Part shown: positions 8,693 through 17,819 of the stretch, one piece after another
Numbering within the stretch: position 1 is the stretch's first letter
Layout of the letters: every line of letters starts with the position of its first letter
IMG/VR virus record: IMGVR_UViG_2944808559_000001
Location: 23,109 to 87,108 of that record
Direction: 5' to 3' (one strand)
DNA: 64,000 bases
Origin: a virus
Taxonomy: Duplodnaviria > Heunggongvirae > Uroviricota > Caudoviricetes
Notes under the pieces: model-generated
What the model was told of the DNA's origin: nothing
Seen by the model: only the letters and a program-made list of their open reading frames with translations
Database searches by the model: none
Position numbers and translations under genes: made by a program

Positions 8693-9637
8693 TCAGATGA
8701 TGGGGACCAGTCCGGATGGCAGCACCGGACGCTCGTCAGGCCTGACCACGCGCACCCACCCTTGGTAGGTGCCGTCAGGCAGGGTCACCGCGCCGCCGGG
8801 GCCGACCTGGATGCGCGCCTCCGCGCCACCGTTGCCGACCGCGCCCCACGACGCTGGCGTCCACTGGTCCTCGGTCGGCTCGACGCCGGGGTTCGTGAAC
8901 GCCACCGCGACTTCCTCCACGCCGAGCGCGTTGTCGACGAAGAAGCTCAGGTACTCCAGCGACAGGCTGCTCATCGGGTCCACGCCCGTCCCCCTTCCGA
9001 GGTAGCGCGCCGCCCAGGACCGGCGCGGCAAACCGACCCGTAGCGGCGGTGTACGGCGCAGCAGCGGCCGCGCGAGTCCGGCCCCGGTGACCTGGCCGAT
9101 CGTGTGCGTCGTGATGGCGAGCAAGGCGAACGCTTCTCCGGCCGCTGCGGCGTGGCCTACCGGCCCTCCGCGCGCGAGCGTCAATGGCCGCGCCTGCCCG
9201 ATCCCCACCGACTGGTGGAGTGCGAGCGCCTTGCCCGGGCGCAGTGGTTGTGGCTGGCCGACGCCAGTCACGGTGCTCGCGACCGGGTCGCCTCGCATCA
9301 GGAAGACGACACCGGCGGAGGTAATCTGCCCGGTCGCCCGGCTCTTCCACTGGCCAACCTGGACGACCGTTCCGGCGCCGCTCACCTGGCCGAGATGCGA
9401 GCTGCGGACCGGCGTGGCAGGCGCGGCTGCTCCGGCGCCGCTCACCTGTCCGAGCACGCGAGTCTTGGTCGCCGTCGCCGGCAGCGGACCGCTCGTGCCG
9501 GACGCCTGCCCGGCGCGTTGCGAGCGGGCGGCGAGCACCGTCAGCGCGGAGCCGTGCCCGGTGACCTGGCCCGCGATGGTGGCGCGGGGTCGGGCGATGA
9601 TAGGTCGGTTCGGGTATGAGCGGCCTGCGCGGGCCAT
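8693..9637 (-). CDS. repeat-containing protein with about eight 20-aa repeats (xLGQVSGAGx) and a distinct ~95-aa C-terminal domain
   Basis: Start chosen at the internal ATG (MARAGRSYPNRP) with RBS GGGAGG 5 nt upstream, 14 nt after the upstream stop. The 60-bp DNA repeats show synonymous substitutions, for example ggccag/gtgagc versus ggacag/gtcacc. This supports minus-strand coding over the antisense 428-aa plus ORF. Confidence 0.5.
   Translation of the reverse strand: MARAGRSYPNRPIIARPRATIAGQVTGHGSALTVLAARSQRAGQASGTSGPLPATATKTRVLGQVSGAGAAAPATPVRSSHLGQVSGAGTVVQVGQWKSRATGQITSAGVVFLMRGDPVASTVTGVGQPQPLRPGKALALHQSVGIGQARPLTLARGGPVGHAAAAGEAFALLAITTHTIGQVTGAGLARPLLRRTPPLRVGLPRRSWAARYLGRGTGVDPMSSLSLEYLSFFVDNALGVEEVAVAFTNPGVEPTEDQWTPASWGAVGNGGAEARIQVGPGGAVTLPDGTYQGWVRVVRPDERPVLPSGLVPII
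9250..9620. repeat. degenerate tandem 60-bp repeats, about 7-8 copies, core ccggcgccgctcacctggccgag
   Basis: Seen directly, for example at 9371-9393 and 9431-9453. They lie within the coding region of the repeat protein. Confidence 0.6.
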
Positions 9638-9650
9638 GGACCGCCTCCCT

Positions 9651-10382
9651 CTACCAGCTAGCGGCGCGGTGTACGGCAGTGGGCGGGGACAGCAACACCG
9701 AACGGGTAGCGGGCGATGCGGGCGGCGCGGGCTGGACCCGCAGCGTGAAACCATGCGCCGCGTACACAGAGGACGAAACGGTGTGCTGGCGTTGCGCCGT
9801 GCTCGCCGATGTCATGACTTGCCGGGTGAGTTGCGCCGTGACCCAGTTCCCATCGAGGTCGGCTACCTCAACGAGCGGCGATGGAGCCGCCCACGTCCGC
9901 GCGGCGCTGACGTTGTAGTTGTCCCCGGCGGCCCACCGCAGCTCCAGGTCGCCGATGGCGGGCGAGGCAGGCCCTGCGGGGGTGTTCACGTTGACGATCC
10001 CCGACCCGGTGTTCGTCTGGCCGTTGGTCCGGGTGAACGTCGGGGCAGCAGGGAGCGCGTCGGCGATGGCGGCGATGGCCATCACGTTGATGCCACCGAA
10101 ACCTTCGGGCCCCAAGTCCAGCTCCCAGGTGCTTTCGGAAGCACCGGCCACCTTCCACCAGATGCCCGTGGCGATGAACCCGTACGTGGAGCTGTTGTCC
10201 GTGGCGTACGAGGTGAGCAGCTGCCACGCGGGGCTGCCGCCGGTCAGGCTGACAAAGTCGAACTCAGGCGCTTCGAACGACAGGAACGCCACCAGCAGGT
10301 CGCCCGGCTGCATTCCCGGCGGCGGCGTGGGGTTATTCGAGCTCTGTACGGCCTGGTAGATGTTCGGGCGTAAGGTGGGCAC
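9651..10382 (-). CDS. hypothetical protein, tandem paralog 2 (243 aa)
   Basis: About 50% identical to the neighbouring 241-aa ORF. They share MPT.R...PPP.MQPGDLL.AF...TGGSPAWQLLTS...AIGDLELRW.AGDNYN...HTVS..VYAAHGFTLR..PAP...AVHRA.SW. Confidence 0.55.
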   Translation of the reverse strand: MPTLRPNIYQAVQSSNNPTPPPGMQPGDLLVAFLSFEAPEFDFVSLTGGSPAWQLLTSYATDNSSTYGFIATGIWWKVAGASESTWELDLGPEGFGGINVMAIAAIADALPAAPTFTRTNGQTNTGSGIVNVNTPAGPASPAIGDLELRWAAGDNYNVSAARTWAAPSPLVEVADLDGNWVTAQLTRQVMTSASTAQRQHTVSSSVYAAHGFTLRVQPAPPASPATRSVLLSPPTAVHRAASW

Positions 10383-10398
10383 TCAGCACCGCCTCCCG

Positions 10399-11124
10399 TC
10401 ACCAGCTAGTGGCACGGTGCACGGCGGCAGCACCCGACAGCTGGACCGGTCGGGCAAGCACCGGCACAGGGGCAGGCCGGATCCGTAGCGTGAAGCCGTG
10501 CGCGGCGTACACCCCTGCCGAGACCGTGTGGGTGCGGGACGACGAGACGGGGTCCGTGATGGCCTGCTGGGTCAGCTGCGCCGTCAAGTAACCGTCGCTG
10601 AGGTCAGCGACCTCGCTCGCCCCTGACGGGCCGGACCATGACCGGTTCGCCTCCTCGTTGTAGTTGTCGCCAGCCACCCACCGCAGCTCCAGGTCCCCGA
10701 TGGCGGGAGGCGGCCCGGCCGGGCTGCTGATCGATCTCAACGAGGTGGACGTCGATGTCTGGTCGGCTGACACCCTGTACTCGGGTGCCTCCAGCAGCGC
10801 GTCTGTGATGGCGATCACTGACATGACCGAGAAGAAGTCGTTGTCCTCCGAGGCCACCGTCCACTCGTCGTCGTCGCTAGCCTGCTTCCACCAGATTCCG
10901 GAGGCGACGAGGCCGTCGAAGCCGAACTCCTCACCGGCCGTGGTAAATCGTGAGGTCAGCAGCTGCCACGCGGGGCTGCCACCCGTCAACTGGGCGTCGA
11001 ACCCATCGATCGGGGCCTCGTAGGCGAAGAAGGCCAGCAGCAGATCGCCAGGCTGCATCGTCGGCGGCGGAGAGATCGTAGGGGAGTCAACAGCGGTAGA
11101 GATTTGTGCTCGGACGGTGGGCAC
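10399..11124 (-). CDS. hypothetical protein, tandem paralog 1 (241 aa)
   Basis: See paralog 2. Abuts the next gene at 11125. Confidence 0.55.
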   Translation of the reverse strand: MPTVRAQISTAVDSPTISPPPTMQPGDLLLAFFAYEAPIDGFDAQLTGGSPAWQLLTSRFTTAGEEFGFDGLVASGIWWKQASDDDEWTVASEDNDFFSVMSVIAITDALLEAPEYRVSADQTSTSTSLRSISSPAGPPPAIGDLELRWVAGDNYNEEANRSWSGPSGASEVADLSDGYLTAQLTQQAITDPVSSSRTHTVSAGVYAAHGFTLRIRPAPVPVLARPVQLSGAAAVHRATSW

Positions 11125-11589
11125 TCAGCACCGCTCCACCCAGAGGGTCGCCGCGACGGACACCGCGTCGGCGAATCGGGCCCGCAGGACGAATCCCGTG
11201 CCGGGGCCGCAGTCGGGGCTGTCGCCCAGCGGCAGGTCATACAGGACCGTGCCGGAGTTCGGGGACAGCGACCACGCGTCGAGGACCACCAGCTCGGTCG
11301 GCTCGCTCGTCCAGGTGTGCGCGGCCGTGAAAGCGGCCGGGATGGAGCGGCCGTACAACTGCTGCGGGGTCACCGACGTCGAGGCGGTCCCGGGCAGATT
11401 CGAGGCGAAAGTCGCCGCGCACAGCTGGATGTCGCCCGGCACCGCCACCGCGGTGCCTAGCGTGCTGACCCTGATCTTCTTGACTTCCAGCCCGAACGAG
11501 CTGGGCGCGAGCACGCCGAGCACGCTGCGCGCCGTGTTCGCGGAAAGCGACACAGCCGGGGAGACGACGGAGTATCCAGTCTTAGCCAT
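11125..11589 (-). CDS. hypothetical protein (154 aa, beta-rich, no charged clusters)
   Basis: ORF track. 4-nt gap to the upstream gene. High GC3. Confidence 0.5.
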   Translation of the reverse strand: MAKTGYSVVSPAVSLSANTARSVLGVLAPSSFGLEVKKIRVSTLGTAVAVPGDIQLCAATFASNLPGTASTSVTPQQLYGRSIPAAFTAAHTWTSEPTELVVLDAWSLSPNSGTVLYDLPLGDSPDCGPGTGFVLRARFADAVSVAATLWVERC

Positions 11590-11592
11590 AAG

Positions 11593-12063
11593 TCACACCG
11601 CCCGGTAGAAACCGTCAGGCGAGATCTGAACGACCACGTTGCTGCCGTCCGGCGTGATCGAGAAATCATGCGCGGTCAGCGGCACGATGGCGCTGTCCGG
11701 CGACGCGGTCGCCGGCCGGTAGCAGACCAGGACCTTGGCCCAGCCGCTGCCCGGCTGCACGGAGAGGAACGTCTGGTCCGGGATGTCCAAATCCACTCTG
11801 TCGTTGGCGAGGTCGGGCAGCGCGTCGCCCAGGTCGGCGGCGCTGAGCACCTTACGGGCGTAGCCCGTGTTGGTGGCCTCGTTGCTGGAGCCGCTCAGGA
11901 TCTCAGCCAACGTCGCCCGGTCCTTCAGGCCGGCATCGGACTCGATACCGGCCTCCGCCAGGACGACCAGCACCAGGGCGCTGGTCGCGGGGTCGCCGGT
12001 CCGGACGCGCCGGTACAGCTCGACTGTCCTGCCTTTGGCGGCGTTGAACTCGAAGTCGGCCAC
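11593..12063 (-). CDS. hypothetical protein (156 aa)
   Basis: GTG start (VADFEFNAAKGRTVELYRRV) with RBS GGAGGG 4 nt upstream. It is the first gene after a 300-bp non-coding gap downstream of terL. Confidence 0.5.
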   Translation of the reverse strand: MADFEFNAAKGRTVELYRRVRTGDPATSALVLVVLAEAGIESDAGLKDRATLAEILSGSSNEATNTGYARKVLSAADLGDALPDLANDRVDLDIPDQTFLSVQPGSGWAKVLVCYRPATASPDSAIVPLTAHDFSITPDGSNVVVQISPDGFYRAV

Positions 12064-12204
12064 GTGGCCCTCCTCGTTGACGTGGTGACGTGGGTGGGGG
12101 TGCCGGGGAGCGCGGCCTCGGCGACTGGACGACGATCCGCACCGGGCAGATCCAGCCCGCCCGGCCAAGCAAGCGGCAGCGTGGGCGCACCGGGAACGCG
12201 ATAG

Positions 12205-12258
12205 GGGTGTGGTCCCGGCCGGCGGCTGCCCCTCAACAACCTGGGCCGGGACCACACC
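12205..12258. repeat. 15-bp perfect inverted repeat GGTGTGGTCCCGGCC ... GGCCGGGACCACACC with a 23-nt loop, inside the 300-bp terL-cassette intergenic region
   Basis: Read directly from the sequence. Confidence 0.5.
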
Positions 12259-12372
12259 GCGGCTCAACGCTGGCGGACGGAAGGTGCCGTCGCGGAGCCG
12301 TCTGACCCCTGGGCTGTCCTTGCGCGAAGGCGTGCGACCGGAATACGCGAGGACAAGCCCGGGGAGCCGAAG

Positions 12373-13653
12373 TCAGTAGACGGGTACGGGTTCCAGGAGT
12401 GGAGCCCATGCGGCCTGCGTGGTGTGCAAGCCGTAGCGGGCGGCGTCCATGGAGTGGTCGTCCAGTTTGACGGGGACGTCGTCGCCGCTGGCGGCCTTCT
12501 TGTCGTCCCAGCTGTAGGAGCCGACCTCGGACAGCCACCCTGCGCAGGAGCGGTGGATGCGCAGCTGGTCGGCGGCCAAGAGGTTGCTGACGGTGCGGAT
12601 GCCGTCCATCACGGAGTTGTCGCCCATGGTGGGCAGGAGCCCGTCCCAGTGCAACTGCGTGATGAACGAGGCAGCCGACGGGTCAACCACGACCCATTCC
12701 GGCTGCACGCCGTACGTGCCGGGCCCATGCGAGTTCGGGAAGGTGTGCAGCCAGTCCCTCAGCCGCTTGGAGTACTCGGCGTCGGTGAGCTGGCGGCGTT
12801 CGGCGCGCGAGTCGTAGCGCCACTCCCCCGCGAGGTAGACGCGCCGCTGCCGCTCGTCGTCGGGGACGGAGACGCCGACGAGGATCGCGGCGAACGGGTT
12901 GACCGTCCCATAGTCGACGCCGAGCGAGATCCAGCGCTCCATCATCGGCAGCCGGTCGACCACGTGCTTGTCGGGGTCGAAGCTGTCGAAGATCATGCCC
13001 TCGGCCATGCACCACTCACCGAGCACGTAGCGCCGGTACCAGAGCCCGGAGTACTCCGCCTTCAGGTTGGAGACGTAGGCCGGGTCCAACGACGGGTTGT
13101 CGTCGAGCATGAAGTGCCAGTACTTCAGGTCCAGCTCACCGGCGCGGAGGATGAACCGCTTGCGCAACCAGTGGCCGGGCGCGTCGGGGTTCGTCGTGCA
13201 GAAGATCATCGAGCCGGGCACGCTGCACCGGGCGAGGAGCTGGTCCCAGAACGTCTCGGGGATCAGCGTGGCCTCGTCGACGTACGCCCCGGCACACGTC
13301 ATGCCCCGGAGCCTCGACTCGGCGCGGATGTCGTTCGCCGAGACGATCTCGATCCGCCGGCCGAGCACGTTCGCGGTGGGCGCGCCGCGGTTGTAGAAGA
13401 TCCGCCGCGAGACGGGGCCGGTCAACGCCGGGTCCATCAACGGCTCGAAGATGTTCCTGCTGATGGTGTCGTTCGTTTTCCCGACCACGACCAGGCTGCC
13501 GCCGCGCGGTGCGGTGGCCACGTACATCAGCCAGCGCAGCAGCGACGCGATCGTCTTCCCGCTGCGGACGGCGCCCGACCAGATGTTGATGCGGGCGGTC
13601 GCCTCGGCGATGGACTTGGCCTGCTTCGGGGACAGGGTGACAACGCCGGTCAC
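12373..13653 (-). CDS. terL: terminase large subunit
   Basis: Walker A GAVRSGKT, Walker B AYVDEATLIP and a C-terminal nuclease-like region. GTG start in a GTGA overlap with the terS stop. The upstream arginine-rich part of the 509-aa track ORF looks like an artefact. Confidence 0.85.
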   Translation of the reverse strand: MTGVVTLSPKQAKSIAEATARINIWSGAVRSGKTIASLLRWLMYVATAPRGGSLVVVGKTNDTISRNIFEPLMDPALTGPVSRRIFYNRGAPTANVLGRRIEIVSANDIRAESRLRGMTCAGAYVDEATLIPETFWDQLLARCSVPGSMIFCTTNPDAPGHWLRKRFILRAGELDLKYWHFMLDDNPSLDPAYVSNLKAEYSGLWYRRYVLGEWCMAEGMIFDSFDPDKHVVDRLPMMERWISLGVDYGTVNPFAAILVGVSVPDDERQRRVYLAGEWRYDSRAERRQLTDAEYSKRLRDWLHTFPNSHGPGTYGVQPEWVVVDPSAASFITQLHWDGLLPTMGDNSVMDGIRTVSNLLAADQLRIHRSCAGWLSEVGSYSWDDKKAASGDDVPVKLDDHSMDAARYGLHTTQAAWAPLLEPVPVY

Positions 13654-14144
13654 CGCACCACCTCGACCGCCTCCACCACCTCGGTGTCGTCGAGGTCGAT
13701 GTCGGCGGGGGCGGCCGGGAGCGCAACCTGGCCGTTGGTCGCCTGGATGACCTGGAACAGGTTGCCGAGCAGGGAGACGACGTCGGAGTTCTCGGCGCCG
13801 TTGCGGTTGATGAGGTCCAGGCCCAGCAGGGTGCAGCGGCGGGCGATCAGCCGTTCGACACCTTCGACCGCCTTCACGTCGCCGCCGCACGCCTTGGACC
13901 ACAGGCTGGCCATCATGCGGTCGAGCCGGTCGATCTCGATCTGCAGCAGCTGTTCGCTGGACTCCTGCTGCGCCCTGGAGGCCATCTGCAGGGCACGGGT
14001 GACGTCCTTGGAGGCGGCGGCCAGGCTCCCGTAGCCGAGTTTGTCAGCGATCGTCCGATACGGGACACCGGCGAGTCGCATTTGCACGGCCTTTGTCCGA
14101 CGCTCTGCAATAACGACCTGACGCGCTTTGTTGGGACGGCCCAT
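13650..14144 (-). CDS. terS: terminase small subunit (HTH, sigma-70 region-4-like)
   Basis: Internal ATG MGRPNKARQVVIAERRTKAVQMRLAGVPYRTIADKLGY... gives 164 aa, directly upstream of terL. Confidence 0.6.
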   Translation of the reverse strand: MGRPNKARQVVIAERRTKAVQMRLAGVPYRTIADKLGYGSLAAASKDVTRALQMASRAQQESSEQLLQIEIDRLDRMMASLWSKACGGDVKAVEGVERLIARRCTLLGLDLINRNGAENSDVVSLLGNLFQVIQATNGQVALPAAPADIDLDDTEVVEAVEVVR

Positions 14145-14219
14145 GAGGGGAACCCCCGAATGAATCGATGTGACCACGCACACAGTTCGTGGTTGGGATT
14201 TATGAGTTAATCTGCGAAA

Positions 14220-14726
14220 ATGCGACCAATAAAAATGATCACCATTCAGCAACCCTGGGCCGCGCTCATCGTCGCCGGGATCAAAGACATCGAGAACCGC
14301 ACCTGGACGACGGCCTACCAGGGACCACTCCTCATCCAGGCCGGGATCAAGATCGACCGCCGCGGGTTGCGACGGCTCGACGAGCTCGGCCTGGAGCTCG
14401 ACGCGCCGCTGCACCGCGGCGTGATCCTCGGCTCCGTCCACCTCGGCGAGATCACCCGCTCCAGCGCATCGCCTTGGGCACGGCCCTACGCGCAGCACTG
14501 GAAGCTGTCCGACCCGCAGCCCGTTGTCCGCCTGCTGGAGGCTCGGGGCCAACAGGGCCGCCTCTTCGATCCCCCTCCTGACTGGAGGCGCGCGTTCACC
14601 GAGCACGACGCCGGCACAACACGCCTGTCACGGGTGCGGGACGTGCCGGCCGACGAGGTCGCCCCCAGGTTCAGGGAGAAGGTGACCCCTGAGGCGGCGT
14701 TGCTGGCCGCCCTGAACGGGGGGTGA
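14220..14726 (+). CDS. ASCH domain protein (PUA-like)
   Basis: MITIQQPWAALIVAGIKDIENRTW is the ASCH signature. AT-rich 5' end. Divergent from terS. An alternative start is at 14235. Confidence 0.65.
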   Translation: MRPIKMITIQQPWAALIVAGIKDIENRTWTTAYQGPLLIQAGIKIDRRGLRRLDELGLELDAPLHRGVILGSVHLGEITRSSASPWARPYAQHWKLSDPQPVVRLLEARGQQGRLFDPPPDWRRAFTEHDAGTTRLSRVRDVPADEVAPRFREKVTPEAALLAALNGG

Positions 14727-15801
14727 CGGGTGCCACGTACTCGAACGAGACCACCCCGAGCCGCCTCGGGTCGAGCGACTGCTCGTGCATCCAGGCGTGC
14801 TTGCTGCTGGTGCCGAGCGTGCGATCCTGGCGCTGCATCCGCCAGCGCGGGCTGCGCGCCCGGTAGGCGTTCAGCGCCGGGTGAGCGGACACGGCACGCA
14901 GCCGGTAGCCACGCTCATACAGGTACTGCCCCATCCACTCGGTCATCCGGCCGCCGAGCGACAACCCCTGATAGTCCGGCAGCACGACCGTGCGATGCGC
15001 CATTTTCAGGTTCCTCGTGCGAGGGTGCTGGAAATGGCGGTAGCTCGTGAAAGCCGCCAATTCGCCATTCACGTACCCGGCGAAACACTGCGCGCCGCGA
15101 TGCAATTCGACGGTCAAATAGTGATGGCGGCTAAACACCTTCCAGAGGGAGCGGTCAGCCTCGTGGATGTCGAGCCGGAGCGGCGGCCGGGGTTGAACCG
15201 ACCTCCAGCTGAACGAGGCCGCGGCGACGTCGTACACCCAGTCCGGCTGCAGCCAGTCGAGCACGTCATAGTGGCAGGTCACGGCCACGAGCTGCCGGTC
15301 GCGGCGACGTACCGCCTTCTGCACCGCGTGCGAGGCGACCTTCGCCACCTGCCTGTCCACGACCGACGTGAACTCATCGATGACGACCAGGCCGTCACGG
15401 TCAGCCAGCGCCCGGGCCAGCCCGGCGCGGAACGCCTCCCCGTTCGACAGCGTGCTGAAAGGCCGCATCCACGCCGGCGGCGAGCTCAGGCCGACCGCGC
15501 CGAGCAGCGCGACGACGTCCTTGACGCTCATGCCCTTCGGGAAGTCGTCGACCAGCGCCCGGTCTGTCCACTCCTGAGCGCCGACGAGGGCCTCCGGCCA
15601 CAGCTCGCGCGCGATCGTGGACTTGCCCGCTCCGGACGGGCCGACGAGCAGGCCGACGTTCCACGGCCGCTCCTCGACGGGCATCTCCACGGACCAGGAG
15701 GTGGTCAGCTTCTCCTCGACGGGCACGTCGAACAGGCCCTGCAGTTGCAGGACTCGCGCGCTCCGCTTGACGGGAGACGACAAGGTGATCTCAGCGCGCA
15801 C
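14671..15801 (-). CDS. ABC-type ATPase domain fused to a C-terminal GNAT acetyltransferase-like domain
   Basis: Walker A GPSGAGKST, signature-like LSNGEAFRAGLARAL, Walker B LVVIDEFTSVVD and an H-loop TCHYD. The C-terminal YQGLSLGGRMTEWM matches GNAT motif A. Confidence 0.65.
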   Translation of the reverse strand: MRAEITLSSPVKRSARVLQLQGLFDVPVEEKLTTSWSVEMPVEERPWNVGLLVGPSGAGKSTIARELWPEALVGAQEWTDRALVDDFPKGMSVKDVVALLGAVGLSSPPAWMRPFSTLSNGEAFRAGLARALADRDGLVVIDEFTSVVDRQVAKVASHAVQKAVRRRDRQLVAVTCHYDVLDWLQPDWVYDVAAASFSWRSVQPRPPLRLDIHEADRSLWKVFSRHHYLTVELHRGAQCFAGYVNGELAAFTSYRHFQHPRTRNLKMAHRTVVLPDYQGLSLGGRMTEWMGQYLYERGYRLRAVSAHPALNAYRARSPRWRMQRQDRTLGTSSKHAWMHEQSLDPRRLGVVSFEYVAPVTPRSGRPATPPQGSPSP

Positions 15802-15816
15802 TCTGCCCCCTCGCCA

Positions 15817-16443
15817 TCACATGAGTGCGCGGACCTGCCAGCCCTCGTCCGCCAGGCGCTCGAGGAGGCGGGTCTGCTCGGTCTCGTTGTCGCAGGTGAC
15901 GATGATGCCCCACACCTCGGGGCGGACGTCCTCGTCGGCGTCGCCGGGCTCGGGCAGCTCCTCGTCGTGGTCGCCCGCGCCTTCGGCGGCGATCGCGTCG
16001 GCGAGGTCGGCCAGGTCGTCATCGGTGTAACCGGCCGCGGCGAGCAGGTCGGGGTCGGCGTCGCGGACGTCGGCGAGGACCTCGGCGAGCATCCGGTCTT
16101 CCCAGCCGCCTTTCTCGGTGGTGCGGTTGTTCGCGACCAGGTACGCCTCGGCGTCCGCGTCCGAACGGGAGGACCAGCCGCGCACGATCGGCACCAGCCA
16201 GGTGCCGTCGTCGTCGATCAGGATCCCCTCGGGCGGGGACGCCTTGTCGGCGGCCATCGCCTCCAGAACCTGCAGGCGGCCGTGGCCGACGACCAGGCGT
16301 CCGGTCCGCTCGTCGAGCTCGCCGGCGACGATCGCGCCGAACGCCTCGATCGAGGCGCGGATGGCGGGCAGGTCGTGTTCCTTCGGGTTGCGGACGGCGC
16401 GCGGGATCTCGTGCAGCCGCATGTGCTCGATCCGGCGCATCAA
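15817..16443 (-). CDS. ParB N-terminal (ParB/Srx nuclease-like) domain protein
   Basis: 208 aa with ...NPKEHDLPAIRASIEAFGAIVAG...VVGHGRLQVLEA. ATGA overlap with the upstream gene. Confidence 0.55.
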   Translation of the reverse strand: MMRRIEHMRLHEIPRAVRNPKEHDLPAIRASIEAFGAIVAGELDERTGRLVVGHGRLQVLEAMAADKASPPEGILIDDDGTWLVPIVRGWSSRSDADAEAYLVANNRTTEKGGWEDRMLAEVLADVRDADPDLLAAAGYTDDDLADLADAIAAEGAGDHDEELPEPGDADEDVRPEVWGIIVTCDNETEQTRLLERLADEGWQVRALM

Positions 16444-17471
16444 CTCTCCCTGTTCTTGGGGCGGTAGCCGTACCGCTGTCGCTCGTGGCTGAGCTCACGG
16501 GTGATGAGGGCGCAGGCGAGCACGTCCCAGCACTGGGCGTCCACGGCCTCGTCGGGCACGCGCACGGATGAGCCCATGATGCGGTTCCGGCCGCCCGCCT
16601 TGGTGGGGATACCGCCGTTCGGGGCGTCCCACTCCACGGACCAGTGGTACTTCGCGGCGCGGTTGAGCCGGGGACGGCCGAGCCGTACCCGCTCCAGCTT
16701 CAGCTGCACCTGGTGGGTGTCGCCTTCAGGCATCTGCACCCAGCCGAGCACCGGCCCGGCGGCGTCCTCGTAGCTGTACCGCTTCGGACCGAACAGCGCC
16801 TGGACCAGGTCGAGGCTGATGCGGCCGTGCATCCACCACGGGTCCGTGCTGGCCCACTCGTGTTCGCGGGCCCACAGCTGCCAGCGGAGCGCCCAGTCGT
16901 CGATCGACACGTTGATCACGCGGGAGGTGTAGCCCTCGGGGATGAGTTGGCGTTGCAGCCAAGTGCCGAACCCCTGTGCGTGCAGGTACAGGGCGCCGAA
17001 CGGCCATACCCGCAGGTGCGCCGCCACGGTGTGCTCCGCGCCGGCCGCGCCGATGGAGATCTCGGCGCCGAACACGCCGAACGTCCGGCCGAGCACCAGC
17101 TGGCCGCCGAGCGTCCCGGTGGGGTGGTCCGGCCACGGGCCTGGGCTCCACGTGGTGGAGCCGAGCTTCCGCGTCCCCTCGGTGTAGCCCGGGGGGTACA
17201 CGCGGCCGGTGTACGGCTCGCCGACGTCGTAGTGCGCCGCGGGGAGGCTGCCTTGCGGTTCGGGCCGGACGCCGCAGCGGTCGCAGGTCACCCAGCGGGC
17301 CGCGTCAAGGCCGGGCTTGCGCGGGCCGTACCCGTCGACCACCGGCTTGTGGCCGCGCAGGCGGCACCACAGCCTGAGCCGGGGCACGTCGTTCCACCAG
17401 AATCCGCGGTCGAGGAGCACGCCGCGGCGGCGGCCGTCCCGCTTGAGGTAGTCGGTCGAGTGCCACCACAT
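16440..17471 (-). CDS. hypothetical protein (343 aa, Trp-rich)
   Basis: ORF track. Operonic with the ParB-like gene. Confidence 0.5.
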   Translation of the reverse strand: MWWHSTDYLKRDGRRRGVLLDRGFWWNDVPRLRLWCRLRGHKPVVDGYGPRKPGLDAARWVTCDRCGVRPEPQGSLPAAHYDVGEPYTGRVYPPGYTEGTRKLGSTTWSPGPWPDHPTGTLGGQLVLGRTFGVFGAEISIGAAGAEHTVAAHLRVWPFGALYLHAQGFGTWLQRQLIPEGYTSRVINVSIDDWALRWQLWAREHEWASTDPWWMHGRISLDLVQALFGPKRYSYEDAAGPVLGWVQMPEGDTHQVQLKLERVRLGRPRLNRAAKYHWSVEWDAPNGGIPTKAGGRNRIMGSSVRVPDEAVDAQCWDVLACALITRELSHERQRYGYRPKNRES

Positions 17472-17473
17472 GG

Positions 17474-17710
17474 TCAGCGGCCCTCCGGGGGACGGCCGCC
17501 CGACCAGACGATGGTGGCGGAGTCGAAGCCGTCGGGGTCGCCGGTGTGGAGCCGCCGGACGGTGGGCTGCTGGACGACCTGGTCAGGCGCGTCCTCTTCG
17601 ACGGCGCGTAGCGCGTACGCGTGGGTGTTCGCTGCCACGAGGGTGGTGTGCGGCTTGGCCGAGTTGTCTTGCCATTCGACGGCGTAGAGGTTGCCGGGCC
17701 TACGACCCAT
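17474..17710 (-). CDS. hypothetical small protein (78 aa)
   Basis: RBS GGGAGAG sits 5 nt upstream of the ATG. Confidence 0.45.
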   Translation of the reverse strand: MGRRPGNLYAVEWQDNSAKPHTTLVAANTHAYALRAVEEDAPDQVVQQPTVRRLHTGDPDGFDSATIVWSGGRPPEGR

Positions 17711-17819
17711 GAGGCTCTCCCGAGGGGTGAGGGGTGCGAACGGAGAGGTAGGCCCCGGCCTGGCGCGTCACCCGATCCCCCAGGCAGGGGCGGCCAGGCG
17801 CGGGGAGCGTGGGGGCGGG

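Noticed and set aside
9087-10373. 428-aa plus-strand ORF overlapping the repeat region
   Set aside because: The 60-bp repeats show synonymous third-position changes only in the minus-strand frame. The minus ORF has a GGGAGG RBS and fits the operon.
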